From Ruditapes philippinarum (lineage: Eukaryota), in NCBI RefSeq assembly GCF_026571515.1, contig NW_026867197.1, positions 186,001-250,000 of the forward strand: 64,000 bases of DNA. The letters are read 5' to 3'. Both the position numbers and the translations under genes were made by a program. This document shows positions 52,379 to 64,000 of the stretch, piece by piece (positions within the stretch are counted from its first letter, which is position 1; each line of letters begins with the position of its first letter). The notes beneath the pieces were generated by a model that worked only from the letters and a program-made list of their open reading frames with translations, had not been told where the DNA came from and did no database searches.

Positions 52379-52987
52379 ATATATTGTCATTTGGTGTAGT
52401 CTTTTTTGAAAGTTTTTTTTTTATTGTCGTTGGCTAAGGTGGGTAAAACATTCACATTTCGATAAATGAAATGACAGAAAATAGGCTCTAAACACCTCGT
52501 CTGTCATACGTTTAGATTTTTCACAAAATATATCCGAAATTTCTTGCTTGTTTGGCGCCAACTGTCAAAGCTTGATTTCTAACTTTTCCACCTCCATTCG
52601 GAGAGTCACAAATACATACAAAGCTACCAAAATGCTTAGTTTCGAGTAAAAACCCAAAAATACTGCTCATTTCCTACACACAAGCAAGAAAGAATTACAA
52701 TGACAGAGAAATATCAGAAGTTTCCAGTACCTCCAAAACACCATGTCTGAATTATTAAAAAATTTGGCCGGGGCCATCAATCGAATATGTCCCCTGCCCC
52801 CTAAATAAAAATGCAATAACATGTATGATTTAATGTTGAAATTATAAACACTGAATGTGTATGCATAAACATATTTGGTACATAATAACTTGCAAAACGT
52901 ACTTATTAAGTGTTTATTGAAATACTGGTTATGTCCCTTTGATATATAATTACATCTTATTGTGTATTTTAAAGGAAGGAAATGAGT

Positions 52988-54859
52988 CGATTTCTAGGAA
53001 AGAAAATATATTAAGCATGTGTGAAAATACATCATTATTGTTAAAAAGGAATCTGTTATTTATCCTTTTACACCCTTTTTAAAACTTTACCTCATGAGAA
53101 AAGATTCCATATCGCTAAATGTCAAGACTCCATTCGTTTGATAATGTCCAAAATGTTTGATATATGTGTAATGAAATTTGATACAAAAATTCATGATTTT
53201 ATGTTTATTAAAATCTTTGATACATTGTGTCTGTATTTTTTTCTTCTTTTCAAATTCGCTCGCAAAACTAAATGAAATTATAACATTATAAGCAGATTGA
53301 TGTAGATATACCAGACGTATACTCGCGAACAGCATAAACAATTTAAAATAGCTTAACATGTTTTTCCTTCCTTTTCGTTCTTTACGTGACAATTCTAAAT
53401 CAGATTGATCTTTCAATGCTGATAAAATGGAAACAATTAGGGATCTAGGGCCAACACTGGCTCAGTGTATAATTGTCACATTTAATTGCAGATACTTACG
53501 GTGTCACAAAGGTGTCATTTGTGCGTTTTTATTTATCTCTTGGGCACGAGATACTATGACGTTGCCACCAGTTACTAAGTCATGGGCACGAGATAGTTAA
53601 GTCGTGGGAACGAGATTCTATGTCATGACCACGAGTTACTAACTCGTGGCCACGGGTTAATTAAGTCGTGGCCACGAGATACTATGTCGTGGGAACGAGA
53701 TACCATGCAAATACTCCCCCAAGAGAACCCTCCCTTGTCTACCTAGCAACCGTATGCGTATTCAACCAATAACTGGTTTCTCAACCTGTGTACTTGTCAA
53801 AATTGTCCTGTATTGTTCAGTCCGATATACACGGATGACGGCATGATATTGATAAATATTTTATTTTTATTATCAGACATTGTTACTGTTTTTATAGCTT
53901 AAAGATAATCCGTTAAGGATTATTCGTTTAATTACAGCACACTGCTTCAACACATGTCCTAAAACATATACGTGGTTAGTCGCAAATAAGAATCTAGTTT
54001 GCATTGATTTATGTATGAACCAAAGGAATCCAACATGATAACTTGTCAATGGTCAATAAAAGTGGTCTGAAATTGTTCTCGGTTTTTGAACTTTTATGGA
54101 GCAAACAGTCTCATTTTCCCCATTTTGACAGCTATATAATTGAAGCGTTGGAAGAATTTGGGGTAACTGTTAAACAAATGAAATTCAATGAAATATCATG
54201 AAACAATCTAAATTATTAACTACTCCATCACTTAAATAATTCAGAATTATCATAGATAAAATAATTAGGGTATATTTCTATACTGAAATTAGATCAGTCA
54301 TGTTTTCAATACACATCTGCATCTGTCAGTTAACGAGAATATCAAGGTGTTCAAAAAGTAAGTATTCATTATGATTGTACGATACCTAAGACAGCACGTA
54401 TATCGAAAAAGTACATTTCTATGAAAACATCTAGCCAGAAGAGAAATACAACAAACCCTTCAGATTTCTGCAGACGAGAATTATTTTGCACAGTGTACTC
54501 GTCCAATCTCACCAGCCTAAAAAATACATGTACCTATATATACATTATTTCAAAATAATTTCCTACTAAAATTTTATACAACATTTTAACAAAATAGTGT
54601 ATAATCGTTGACAGGTTTAAAGTGAAACACTTATTACATGATAAGATAACAGAGGAAAAATATTCATCAAAGTTTAAATGTTCATGACAGTTATGTTTTT
54701 AAATTTTTCGACAAGAAACACATTTCATATTTATCTCTATTGAATTTTATTATATATGTACATATTTTGCTATATCTGTTGTATATGTATATGTTTATCA
54801 AAAGCAAAATTAACACGTGTCATATCAAACTTCCATATCAAGATATCCTGATGATAACA
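52988..54859. other. ~1.87 kb indel in the 5' flank of gene C' relative to gene C (probable insertion)
   Basis: Gene C has contiguous 'ggaaatgagt-aatacccctctc' at ~45775-45796. In the C' copy the two halves lie at ~52987 and ~54860. Confidence 0.75.
53540..53703 (+). repeat. 21-bp tandem repeat 'gtcgtggccacgagatactat', ~8 copies
   Basis: Directly visible; each unit has a palindromic core (tcgtggccacga). Confidence 0.85.
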
Positions 54860-55028
54860 AATACCCCTCTCATACCCACTTGAAGTTCACAGTTTAAAGT
54901 GTGTACATTTTACTTGTCTCTGTTTATCAACGTTTAATCATAGTATTCGCTTGTATATTGAACATCGGATATCTCAAACATTTAATTTGATTTGACATCT
55001 TGTATATAAGGAATAAAAAGTTTAAAAA

Positions 55029-56759
55029 ATGAGCGTCCCGGGACGACAGAAAAATAGTGATGATAATGTTGTGCCAATCTGTTGTAAATGTGAAGCTACA
55101 AAGAGGCGTGAAAGCGTATTTGGATATTGCAAAAACTGTCAAATTCACCTATGTAGTAAATGTTATCGATGCCATAAAACGGATAAAAGTTCAGTCTATC
55201 ATGACATGGAAAAGACGACTCCTATTCCAGCTAAGGATCCTTTACCAAAATGTCCACAGCATGAAGATGAAGAATTGAAATATCACTGTCGCAGACATGA
55301 TGAAATAGGATGTATTGCATGCATGTTGTCACATAAGAGTTGCGAAACGGATTATATCCCTGATATATCGGTACAGTACGCTTCATTAGACGAGTATATA
55401 GACTTAGAGGTCAGTATGCAGAGTCTCAATGAAAGGTTGTCTCAAAATTTGAAAAAAGTTAAAGAAAACTTATTGCTCAGTGAAACAGCATTTCAGATTA
55501 CTACTGATGCAATTAAAGCAAGAAAAATAGAACTCATCGAGTACATAAACGAACAAGAACAGAAAGTTCGCAACGAAGCTGAGGCGTACATAAAAGAAAG
55601 TAAAGATAAAATGGCAAAAGTTCAATCGGACTTGAATCAGCTTGAAACAGAAATGCTAAACACATATAAAGTGTTAAGCAATTTAAAAAAGGAAAAAAAG
55701 CACAATTTTTTATTCATTGAAGCTAAACATGCTGCCAAAGTAACGGTCAAACATTTGGAAAGGATGTATGAAATTTCTGCAAGAAATCTTGTTAACGACA
55801 TGTCATATCTCACAACTACAAAAGATATCAAAGATGACACCATCTTTGGCAAAGTAGTTATTGAAAATTTGAAACAAAGACAATATAGCTCACCAGAATT
55901 ATTGGACAATAGGGAATCAACTCAGGTTAATATCAAGTCCGAAAGTGACAAGAAGGTGTGCTATGCAACTGGACTAGCATTTCTATCGGCTGATCATCTC
56001 GCTATAGCAGACAAAGCCAATAAAAATGTGAAAATTGTGGATGTATCTCACGACAAGATTGTTTCTCACATTGAGTTAACATCGTCTGCCCGAGATATAA
56101 CGGTAATACCACCGGACCAGCTTGCCGTGACACTTAGAGATGAAGAACGTATTCAGCTGTTGACAACGTTGAAAGGGTTGACAAAAACAGAACAAATACA
56201 AACAAATGGAAATTGCCGAGGAATAAAACATGATGACGGGAAACTTATTGTGGCCTTTGACGGTATGGTGCGACCAAAAATAGAAATCTTAAGACTTAAC
56301 GGAGATGTACTGTGTACTTTCCAACTGAATGAGTCTGGGTCTATGATATTCAGTGAACCAAAATGTATAGGTTTGAGTCCAGATAGCAGTCGAATGTATG
56401 TTTCAGATTTAAGTAAAATGTGTATCTTTAACTTGTCTAGATTGGGAAATGTAAATGGCACCTTCGGTCGGCATAGGTACATGGGTGTTGCTGTTAGCGC
56501 AGGCGGCTCTGTATACGCCTGCTCAAAGTCAAGTAACTCAGTATACCAGATGCAAGACGATCTGTCAAACGATGAAGCAGTGTTGACGATCATTGACGGT
56601 ATTAAAGCACCAATAGCTCTTGCTATTTCTAATACAAGGAACATGTTATATGTGAGTTGTGGGAGCAATGATGCTGATGTCTCTAACAAATTACACGTGT
56701 TTAAGATTAAACATAAAAACGAGAACACCTCAATAGATATTAGTTCAGAAATAGCATAA
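55029..56759 (+). CDS. RING-less TRIM-like protein C' (recent duplicate of C), 576 aa
   Basis: Intact ORF with 15 amino-acid differences from C, counted by eye. Confidence 0.94.
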   Translation: MSVPGRQKNSDDNVVPICCKCEATKRRESVFGYCKNCQIHLCSKCYRCHKTDKSSVYHDMEKTTPIPAKDPLPKCPQHEDEELKYHCRRHDEIGCIACMLSHKSCETDYIPDISVQYASLDEYIDLEVSMQSLNERLSQNLKKVKENLLLSETAFQITTDAIKARKIELIEYINEQEQKVRNEAEAYIKESKDKMAKVQSDLNQLETEMLNTYKVLSNLKKEKKHNFLFIEAKHAAKVTVKHLERMYEISARNLVNDMSYLTTTKDIKDDTIFGKVVIENLKQRQYSSPELLDNRESTQVNIKSESDKKVCYATGLAFLSADHLAIADKANKNVKIVDVSHDKIVSHIELTSSARDITVIPPDQLAVTLRDEERIQLLTTLKGLTKTEQIQTNGNCRGIKHDDGKLIVAFDGMVRPKIEILRLNGDVLCTFQLNESGSMIFSEPKCIGLSPDSSRMYVSDLSKMCIFNLSRLGNVNGTFGRHRYMGVAVSAGGSVYACSKSSNSVYQMQDDLSNDEAVLTIIDGIKAPIALAISNTRNMLYVSCGSNDADVSNKLHVFKIKHKNENTSIDISSEIA

Positions 56760-57868
56760 TGATATGTTTGGAGTCCAAGCACTGGTGTCAATAATAAAAC
56801 TTCCGACACAATGAAGTGGTTTTTCTTCCAGCAAAGTATTCCATCATTATCATCGTCATGTGTTTAAGCATTATTTGTTCTTGTATAAGAATGCAATACT
56901 GTATGTTATGCAAGCCTGTACAAGCTATCTGTATATAGTGCCTATATATCTGTCTTCAAGGAAGTGATTTCAACCTGCCATTTTCAGACATTATTCCAAC
57001 ATAAGTTAATGTGACAGATATCATTAACGAATAATAATGTTCTTAAGAATGGTTATTGATTATGCTAACACTGATGTTAAAACTACTTATCTGTGACACT
57101 TTTCCTTTAAAGTTATATCTTATAGTCATTTGTTCCTCACTGTTGATTCGGAAATCATGTTGGAGTAGTAGTAACACAGTTGTACGGTGGACCAAACTCC
57201 GAAATATGACCAGATATGTCTTGAAATCAACGTTAAAACATAGAGACAAGCGAACCAACAAACGACCACAAAATGACTTTTGTCCTGACGAGCGAAATAT
57301 TATTGAACTTGTTGTATGGATTCGTATTTACTGAGCGATTCTGTGCTTTTACTTACTTGCAATGAATATATTTATTAGATTGTGTATTTCTTAATTTTCA
57401 AACGTCCAATTTAGCCCGTCCAATCAGATCGCTAATTACAACACAGGTATCAGACACCAAAATGGCTAAGACAAGTAAAAAAAATACCGTGAAAAAGATA
57501 TATCGATAGAATATTAATATTTGTTAGACTTGAATTAGGTAAGCTGTGGAATTCTAAATATTTTTATTGATCTTAATGAATGATCCAGCGATATGCAAAC
57601 ATGATCTACTGCCACCTGTGACTCGAATGTGATTGATACAAGTTGCAAGATCTTGTTTCGCAATCTGTTTAATCTTTACTTTACTGCACAAAACTATTTG
57701 TTATTTTATTGCGATCAGAGACACTCAACAAAAGAAGTATAACCTTCAATGTATCATATATTACCTAAATCTTTAAGGCTGCTCTACACAAATTAAAAGA
57801 TCTTTTAGAAATTATATTTTCAGCCTACCCAAAACAGATTAGTTGATTTTCACTAAAACGTATTGGTA

Positions 57869-58875
57869 CGAGGGTTGTTCGGAAAGTTTTGAGACTGGGT
57901 CAATATTTAGCGTTGGAAAAGATAAAATCAAACAAGAGTTTAATATGTATTACTTTAATACCTCATCTACTATAGTTTAAAATTTCATAACAATAGCTTC
58001 ATGTATACAAAAGCTACAAAGCGTTAGGCACAAACACTACCGGTGACCGGGCGCACGCAACGACGTTATTCGACGTTGCCGTTATTTCCAGAGTTTAACG
58101 TCACCGTAGAAAAGTCAACTGCTACTCCTTTTCAACGTATCTTCCTTCACAACGTACACATTTCTCATGCCTCGTAACCCACTTGGCGAATACATTTCTA
58201 TACCAGTCAGATTTAAATGTTGCAATAATGCTCATAACTCTAGAGCGCAGTTCAACTAGGTCCTCAAACCGGATTCCTCGTAGTTCGGATTTGATGGCCG
58301 GAAAAACGGAAAAGTCCATTAAATGTTTCCTTGTCTTTTGTTGACTTTCTGCCATCCCGAAACTCTTTATGCCATCTTAATACCAATGGTCGACTAACAG
58401 TACGTCCGTTGTTTGCCTGTTCTAGAAGTTGCTTAGTTTCTGTTGGCGTTTTCCCAAGATTAACGCAAAACTTAATAAAAACACGCTGTTCCTCTTTTGA
58501 CGGTGTTTCCATAGTCGTTGTCTTGTCGCGCACGTATTGCTAAAATGATCTGCGGTAACGGCTTAAACAACTAGCGGAAATGACATCCTTAAGTTGGAAG
58601 TGACGTCATAAAATTTTCGTGACGTTTGGCGCAATTTTAGGGGCTCTTTTTATTCAGTAAGAAAAATTATAACAAGAAAATAGTCCGTGCGCCAGGATGC
58701 GTAGATAGGTGTTGCTATGGAAACGATTATATGCCGTATAGTAACGTTACAACGTTTTAAAGACATAACTCGGACAAATAACATATTAAGCTATAATTTG
58801 TATTAAATAATATTCGCAGCTGTAATTAGAAACAGAGAAAATCATATTGTCTCAAAACTTTCCGAACAACCCTCG
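57869..58875 (-). mobile_element. Tc1/mariner (mariner-type) internally deleted element, ~1007 bp
   Basis: Perfect 27-bp TIRs (cgagggttgttcggaaagttttgagac) flanked by TA on both sides. The minus strand encodes the transposase N-terminal HTH (EQRVFIKFCVNLGKTPTET...RWHKEFRDGR) joined out of frame to the C-terminus (DFSVFPAIKSELRGIRF...WVTRHEKCV..EGRYVEK). Confidence 0.95.
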
Positions 58876-58976
58876 TACAAGTACTTTTTTTACTACGCTA
58901 AGAAACTAAACATGTAAACAATCAGTTATATAATGCTAGGAGTTGAAGAAAAAAGTCTACATAATTTAAGTAAATT

Positions 58977-59154
58977 NNNNNNNNNNNNNNNNNNNNNNNN
59001 NNNNNNNNNNNNNNNNNNNNNNNNNNNNNNNNNNNNNNNNNNNNNNNNNNNNNNNNNNNNNNNNNNNNNNNNNNNNNNNNNNNNNNNNNNNNNNNNNNNN
59101 NNNNNNNNNNNNNNNNNNNNNNNNNNNNNNNNNNNNNNNNNNNNNNNNNNNNNN
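58977..59154. other. Assembly gap
   Basis: Run of N. Confidence 1.
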
Positions 59155-59519
59155 GGGCATCGGTCTATTTGAGACCATACTTGTGGGGTATATATTTAAT
59201 GTGGGGCATACATAAGGCCTCGCAACTCTGGCATGTTTAAAACAATGTATGGGGCGTAGGCTACCCTTCTAACATAGTGCCCGTAGGCCGGTTTTAGTAG
59301 TAAATGATATATGTCCCACAAATGTATATATTTTTAATGGGGTTTTTATGTTATTGGTCAATATGTTTTCACCTATGGTAAAATTAAATATATAGTTGAT
59401 ATATATAACTTAGTACCCCTTAGTTCTGTTGTTTGGAAATGTCATATATGCCTACATAGTGGCATATATAAAAACTGCCTGCATGAAATAATGTCACTCA
59501 ACTCGGTCTTATAATAGGC

Positions 59520-59675
59520 NNNNNNNNNNNNNNNNNNNNNNNNNNNNNNNNNNNNNNNNNNNNNNNNNNNNNNNNNNNNNNNNNNNNNNNNNNNNNNNNN
59601 NNNNNNNNNNNNNNNNNNNNNNNNNNNNNNNNNNNNNNNNNNNNNNNNNNNNNNNNNNNNNNNNNNNNNNNNNNN
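59520..59675. other. Assembly gap
   Basis: Run of N. Confidence 1.
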
Positions 59676-60272
59676 AACCTAAAGTACAAAATTTCTACCT
59701 GCCATTTGTTCGGATTTGGTTGTGATTGAGCACTTTTAAGTCAGACATATGTTCAATCATAATTCATAATTCATTATTTACATTCGTTATACATTATAAA
59801 AGTTTACAACCTCTTCTAATTGTCAAAACATCTAAAACGACGTGGTAGAAATAGATCTACTTTCAATCCGCATTAAGTCCAATATATATATATATATTTC
59901 AATAACCCTAAATAAGTTGAAAGTTACCAACTGGAAATTCTCAACGTTATGTATCGAATGTGCAAAACAACCTTAAACTTAAAATTGAACACCTGACAAA
60001 GAAGTTGGGGAAAATGGTATAATTGGAGGTATTAAATCAATATATAATAGAATTGTGTATAACTACTATCGAGAAATATATTGTTCAAATCAGTAATTCA
60101 AAATTTAGTTCAAAGGTTTTATATTTTAAACAGATAGTTTCCAAACAATAAACTGGAAAGGAAAGACGTTTTTCTATTATCAGAAATCATTCTATATGCA
60201 TAATTCTTCTATGTGATAAGTAAGACGCGAGCATTACTATTGCATGCATTCGTCGCACAACAAGCAATATAA

Positions 60273-62024
60273 ATGGCGGTTTCAGGAAGACAAGATTTCA
60301 ACACAAATCTTTCAGATACACTTCTATTCGGATCGGAAGAGGATACATATTTATATTGCAGTTATATAGTATGTAAGTCAAGAAAACGGTCGTTAAAAGC
60401 TGTCGGTCGTTGCAACGAGTGTGTGGAAAACTTATGCGACTCCTGCCTCAAAGATCACAATTTAATTTATGGGACGCATCATGTAGTAAATATAACAATG
60501 CCAACTACATCGACACCTCTGTCTAGTGGTGAGTTACAGAGCTGTTCCTTACATCCTCAAGAACAAGTGAAGTTGTACTGTCGAACACACGGCAATCTCG
60601 GATGCATCATTTGTATGACAGTTTCACATAAACAGTGTGACATTGATTATATACCTGACGTATCAGAAACATTTTTGACAAACGGAAATGATTATATAGG
60701 CTTTAAATCAAACTTAGATACTTTGAAGGTAAGGTGTGATGTTGGTTTGCGCGAGATTGGTCTGAATACTGCTACTGTTACAACAACATATGACGATGTC
60801 ATTAGATCAATTGAAAACAAAAGAATCGAAATCTTGGCGAAGCTTGATGAAATCGTTAATAAATCGAAAGAGCAAGCCAGTGAATTTAGGAAAACAAACC
60901 TTAACAAAATGCAAGAATTGAAAGAATCATTTCAGTCAATTTTACACAACATAAACGAAATGGAAACCAAGACGGAACAGTTGAAAACTGAAAGAAAATT
61001 CAATTTACTTTACTGTCATGTCAAAAATGCACAATCAACGATTACTGAATTTCAGTCGCAAGTGTATGGCTCATTGTCAAAGCTAAATAGAGAAGAGTGT
61101 GAACTACAGTCTAATTCAGACATAACAGAATTAGAAAGTATATTTGGTACAATAAATATAGAACAAAAGGCAATACAAAGCCATTGCAATGCATCAGAGG
61201 TTGTACATGATGAGAGAAAATGCTTAATAAGCATCAAAGGTAATAGTGATAGGAAGACATGCTTCGTGTCAGGAATAGCGTTCTTGAGTCCCGGTCAATT
61301 AGCCGTGGCAGATAAAGCAAACAAAAACGTGAAAATTGTTGATGCAGATGCTGGCAAAATGATTTCTGAAATTACGTTATCTTCAAGTCCGCGTGATATA
61401 ACAGTTGTGCCGCCAGACAAACTAGCCGTGACATTAAGAGATGAAAAACTGATTCAGTTCTTGTCGACATCATCTGGTTTAGCAAAAGATAGACAAATCA
61501 AAACAGGTGGGAAGTGCCGAAATATACAATTTGATCGAGGAAATTTAATTGTAGTTTTTAATGACATAGGAAATGCAAAAGTTGTTATCATGTCTTTAGA
61601 AGGAAAGGAGTTGCAAGTTATAAGCACTTGTGTGATGGGTCCAAGAGGTGTAGGCCTAACCCCTGATCATAATTATATATACGTAACTAGTAGCACAGAT
61701 GGGAAACTTAAAAGATTTTCGAGACATGGCACTGGTTTACAAACAAGCGAGGGGAAATACTTTGAGGGTCTTGCGGTAAGCGGTTATGGGTCTGTTTTTG
61801 TAACTACAAATACTGGGAGTGAAGGACATGTATATCAATTAGATGACGATCTCTCAAACATGAGACCTATTTTAATGGTTGGATTGGAGTTGGATGGTAT
61901 ACGCAACCCGATAGCCTTGGCAATTTGTCGGGAAACGAATCTATTGGTGATCAGTTGTGGCAGAGGTGGTGCTGACATTTGTAACAATCTGCACGTTTAT
62001 CAGATTCTACCGACAAATATTTGA
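60273..62024 (+). CDS. RING-less TRIM-like protein E (most divergent paralog), 583 aa
   Basis: MAVSGR start; B-box1 C...CNECVENLCDSCLKDH...H; B-box2 CSLH...YCRTH...CIIC...HKQC; coiled coil; propeller sharing ADKANKNVKIVD, SSPRDITV and LAVTLRDE with A-C'. Confidence 0.93.
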   Translation: MAVSGRQDFNTNLSDTLLFGSEEDTYLYCSYIVCKSRKRSLKAVGRCNECVENLCDSCLKDHNLIYGTHHVVNITMPTTSTPLSSGELQSCSLHPQEQVKLYCRTHGNLGCIICMTVSHKQCDIDYIPDVSETFLTNGNDYIGFKSNLDTLKVRCDVGLREIGLNTATVTTTYDDVIRSIENKRIEILAKLDEIVNKSKEQASEFRKTNLNKMQELKESFQSILHNINEMETKTEQLKTERKFNLLYCHVKNAQSTITEFQSQVYGSLSKLNREECELQSNSDITELESIFGTINIEQKAIQSHCNASEVVHDERKCLISIKGNSDRKTCFVSGIAFLSPGQLAVADKANKNVKIVDADAGKMISEITLSSSPRDITVVPPDKLAVTLRDEKLIQFLSTSSGLAKDRQIKTGGKCRNIQFDRGNLIVVFNDIGNAKVVIMSLEGKELQVISTCVMGPRGVGLTPDHNYIYVTSSTDGKLKRFSRHGTGLQTSEGKYFEGLAVSGYGSVFVTTNTGSEGHVYQLDDDLSNMRPILMVGLELDGIRNPIALAICRETNLLVISCGRGGADICNNLHVYQILPTNI

Positions 62025-64000
62025 AAACAATACGATAAACAAACATGTGCGCATTTACCTTAAAGGTCATTGAAATACCTTACAGCAATCAGAGCAAAAT
62101 GGGGTTAAGTGGACAGTCAGCAAGACACTTATCATCTTTGTGATAATGATAATCTGCTTATTTTTTTTCCTTTATTATTTTTTCTCTTGTTTTATTTACA
62201 AGTTAGTTATGTAATTGAAAATTCCATTATTTAATCACTTGTTTTGTTTTGATGCATTACTTATTTTTGACATATGAACTTATTCAGGTTTTTTAAACGA
62301 TGTAACTAGAAATGCTCTAAATTAATAAAATGAATGTTTATGTAATTGATAGCTACTTAAAGTAAGGTAATGGTGACATTCCATTTTTATTGGTGACAAA
62401 ATTGAATATATTTCCTTACTTCATGTAAGTTTTGAATAGCGTGCTTAATGTATGACCACTTAAGGTATGGGCATTTCATGTATAAGGAACTGAAAAAATT
62501 GACAACTTGAATCAGATATATGACTTAAAGGACATCTACATGCAAACTTAAAACAATGTTACCGTACGATACGCGAGTTATGTACACTTCTCTTCAGTTT
62601 GAATATCAGAAGGACTCTATTTCAGAAATGTGGAACTTTCAGAAATGTGAAACTTTTAAATAATTTATAATATGATCCTTATAAAAATGCTATCCCATTA
62701 ACTATTGTTTTGAAATAGTTAGTAACATTAAGCTAGCAGTCCACAAATGCTAAAGGATTATTTCTACTCAATTTATAAAATGTTACTCTACTCCACCTAT
62801 TTATAACTCTTGTTTGGCCATTTTTCCTGCCTAATAAAAAAGAACTAATTTCAAAGTTTCCCTAAGTTTTCTCACAAGTTTATTGGTTGCACATGTAAAG
62901 TATTAAATACTTTTACCTTGTTTCAACCGATTATTGTTTGATTTTATTAACCTGTCAATTCCATACTGATTATACGGTCAATGCACAGAACATATTAATA
63001 TTCGATAAATGTTCGGTAAATTCCGTGAGATTTAAGCAGTAAGATATGATTAAATTCATCTGGTTTCAATGCATAAGTTACACTGACCGTTATAGCGCAA
63101 TAGGGTAAACTACGGGTATATAATTTCTAAATGTCCTAAGTGTTGTAAGATCGAGACAGCGTATGTCCAGGCATTTTTTCTTATTCATAACTATTTTCAA
63201 TATTTTTGAAATAAAGGTTGTTCTTTCTGTTTTAATAGGTTTTGCACGTTTTTGTTTATACTATATTTTTGTATATAACATTGTTAAAGAATTAATATTC
63301 AAAATTCATTCGGATTAAGATCAATAAATGTCATTTCAGTGCCGTAAAATACAATACAAAACGTGACAATTCAGTGTTTCTTAGTTGTTTCATATCTGTG
63401 TAGAAAATTCTGAATGCGCTTCACCATTTTCATTATAATATACTTAAAAATAAAGAAAATAAGACTAAAAATAAGTGACGTCTATTAAAATGTCAAAAGA
63501 AGGGATCGAACCTCGGACCTCTCATACATTAGGTAATGACTGCACCGACTTTGCTATTGCGGATGTTACGAGAACTTCATTTAGCTAGTGGGAATTTTCC
63601 AAACGTTAGCTATATACTCCATATTAATTCTCGTAAAATTAACGGACACAACCGAAGTAGGATCGAATATTTAAATGAGTGCTATAATGTATTCATAACT
63701 GACAGGTCAATAAAATCAGACTATACAAAAATTAAACATTTTATTCTTTCTAAGAGGTATACGAGAAATGCACAAATAATCTTAAGGAACAAAAAATAAG
63801 TAGAAAACTTCTGGTGACAGTTATTCTAGCCTTTTTGAACACCATTCAAAGCGGGGGTAATGCATAAGAATGGTGTTACATTAAGTATAAAGACATATCA
63901 TGTATGGTGATACAATTTTAAAATGCATTTTCATTTCGATTTTACAGACTTCTATTTTGATTGATGCTTGCATTCGGCTTGTTATTGAAATCAAATTTGA

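Noticed and set aside
59930-60170. NF-kB-like (GGAAATTCTC) and IRF-like (GAAAGGAAA) sites upstream of gene E; also GGGAATTTTCC at ~63590
   Set aside because: Short motifs are expected by chance in 64 kb of AT-rich DNA, and they are not evidently conserved upstream of the paralogs.
37651-62024. Assigning gene symbols such as TRIM71, TRIM2/3, TRIM45 or brat
   Set aside because: There is no RING or filamin domain and the propellers are divergent. These look like lineage-specific paralogs, and orthology cannot be established without a phylogeny.

Overview
This is an AT-rich animal genomic window. The gene and repeat families suggest a marine bivalve, which is an inference. It contains four assembly gaps. 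(1) 1-15.1 kb is a direct segmental duplication (1-~5450 vs ~10394-~15140) whose copies carry different insertions, with a long satellite-bearing Helentron-type element between them. (2) 15.5-28.4 kb (minus strand) holds a five-exon gene that the ORF track shows only as fragments. Spliced by hand with GT/AG sites and consistent phases, it gives a 331-aa secreted mosaic protein: signal peptide, PAN/apple, short Cys-rich EGF-like module, two sushi/CCP domains and a kringle, with no protease or transmembrane domain. (3) 26.9-34 kb contains MITEs, a SINE fragment and several minisatellites. (4) 37.6-62 kb is a cluster of five genes with uninterrupted CDSs encoding RING-less TRIM-like proteins (B-box1, B-box2, coiled coil, NHL-like beta-propeller), plus a truncated pseudogene. 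The cluster shows nucleotide-level signs of gene conversion in the propeller and a readable duplication junction. An internally deleted mariner element also lies inside the cluster. No CRISPR, rRNA or bona fide tRNA gene was seen. All alignments were done by eye and no database searches were run.
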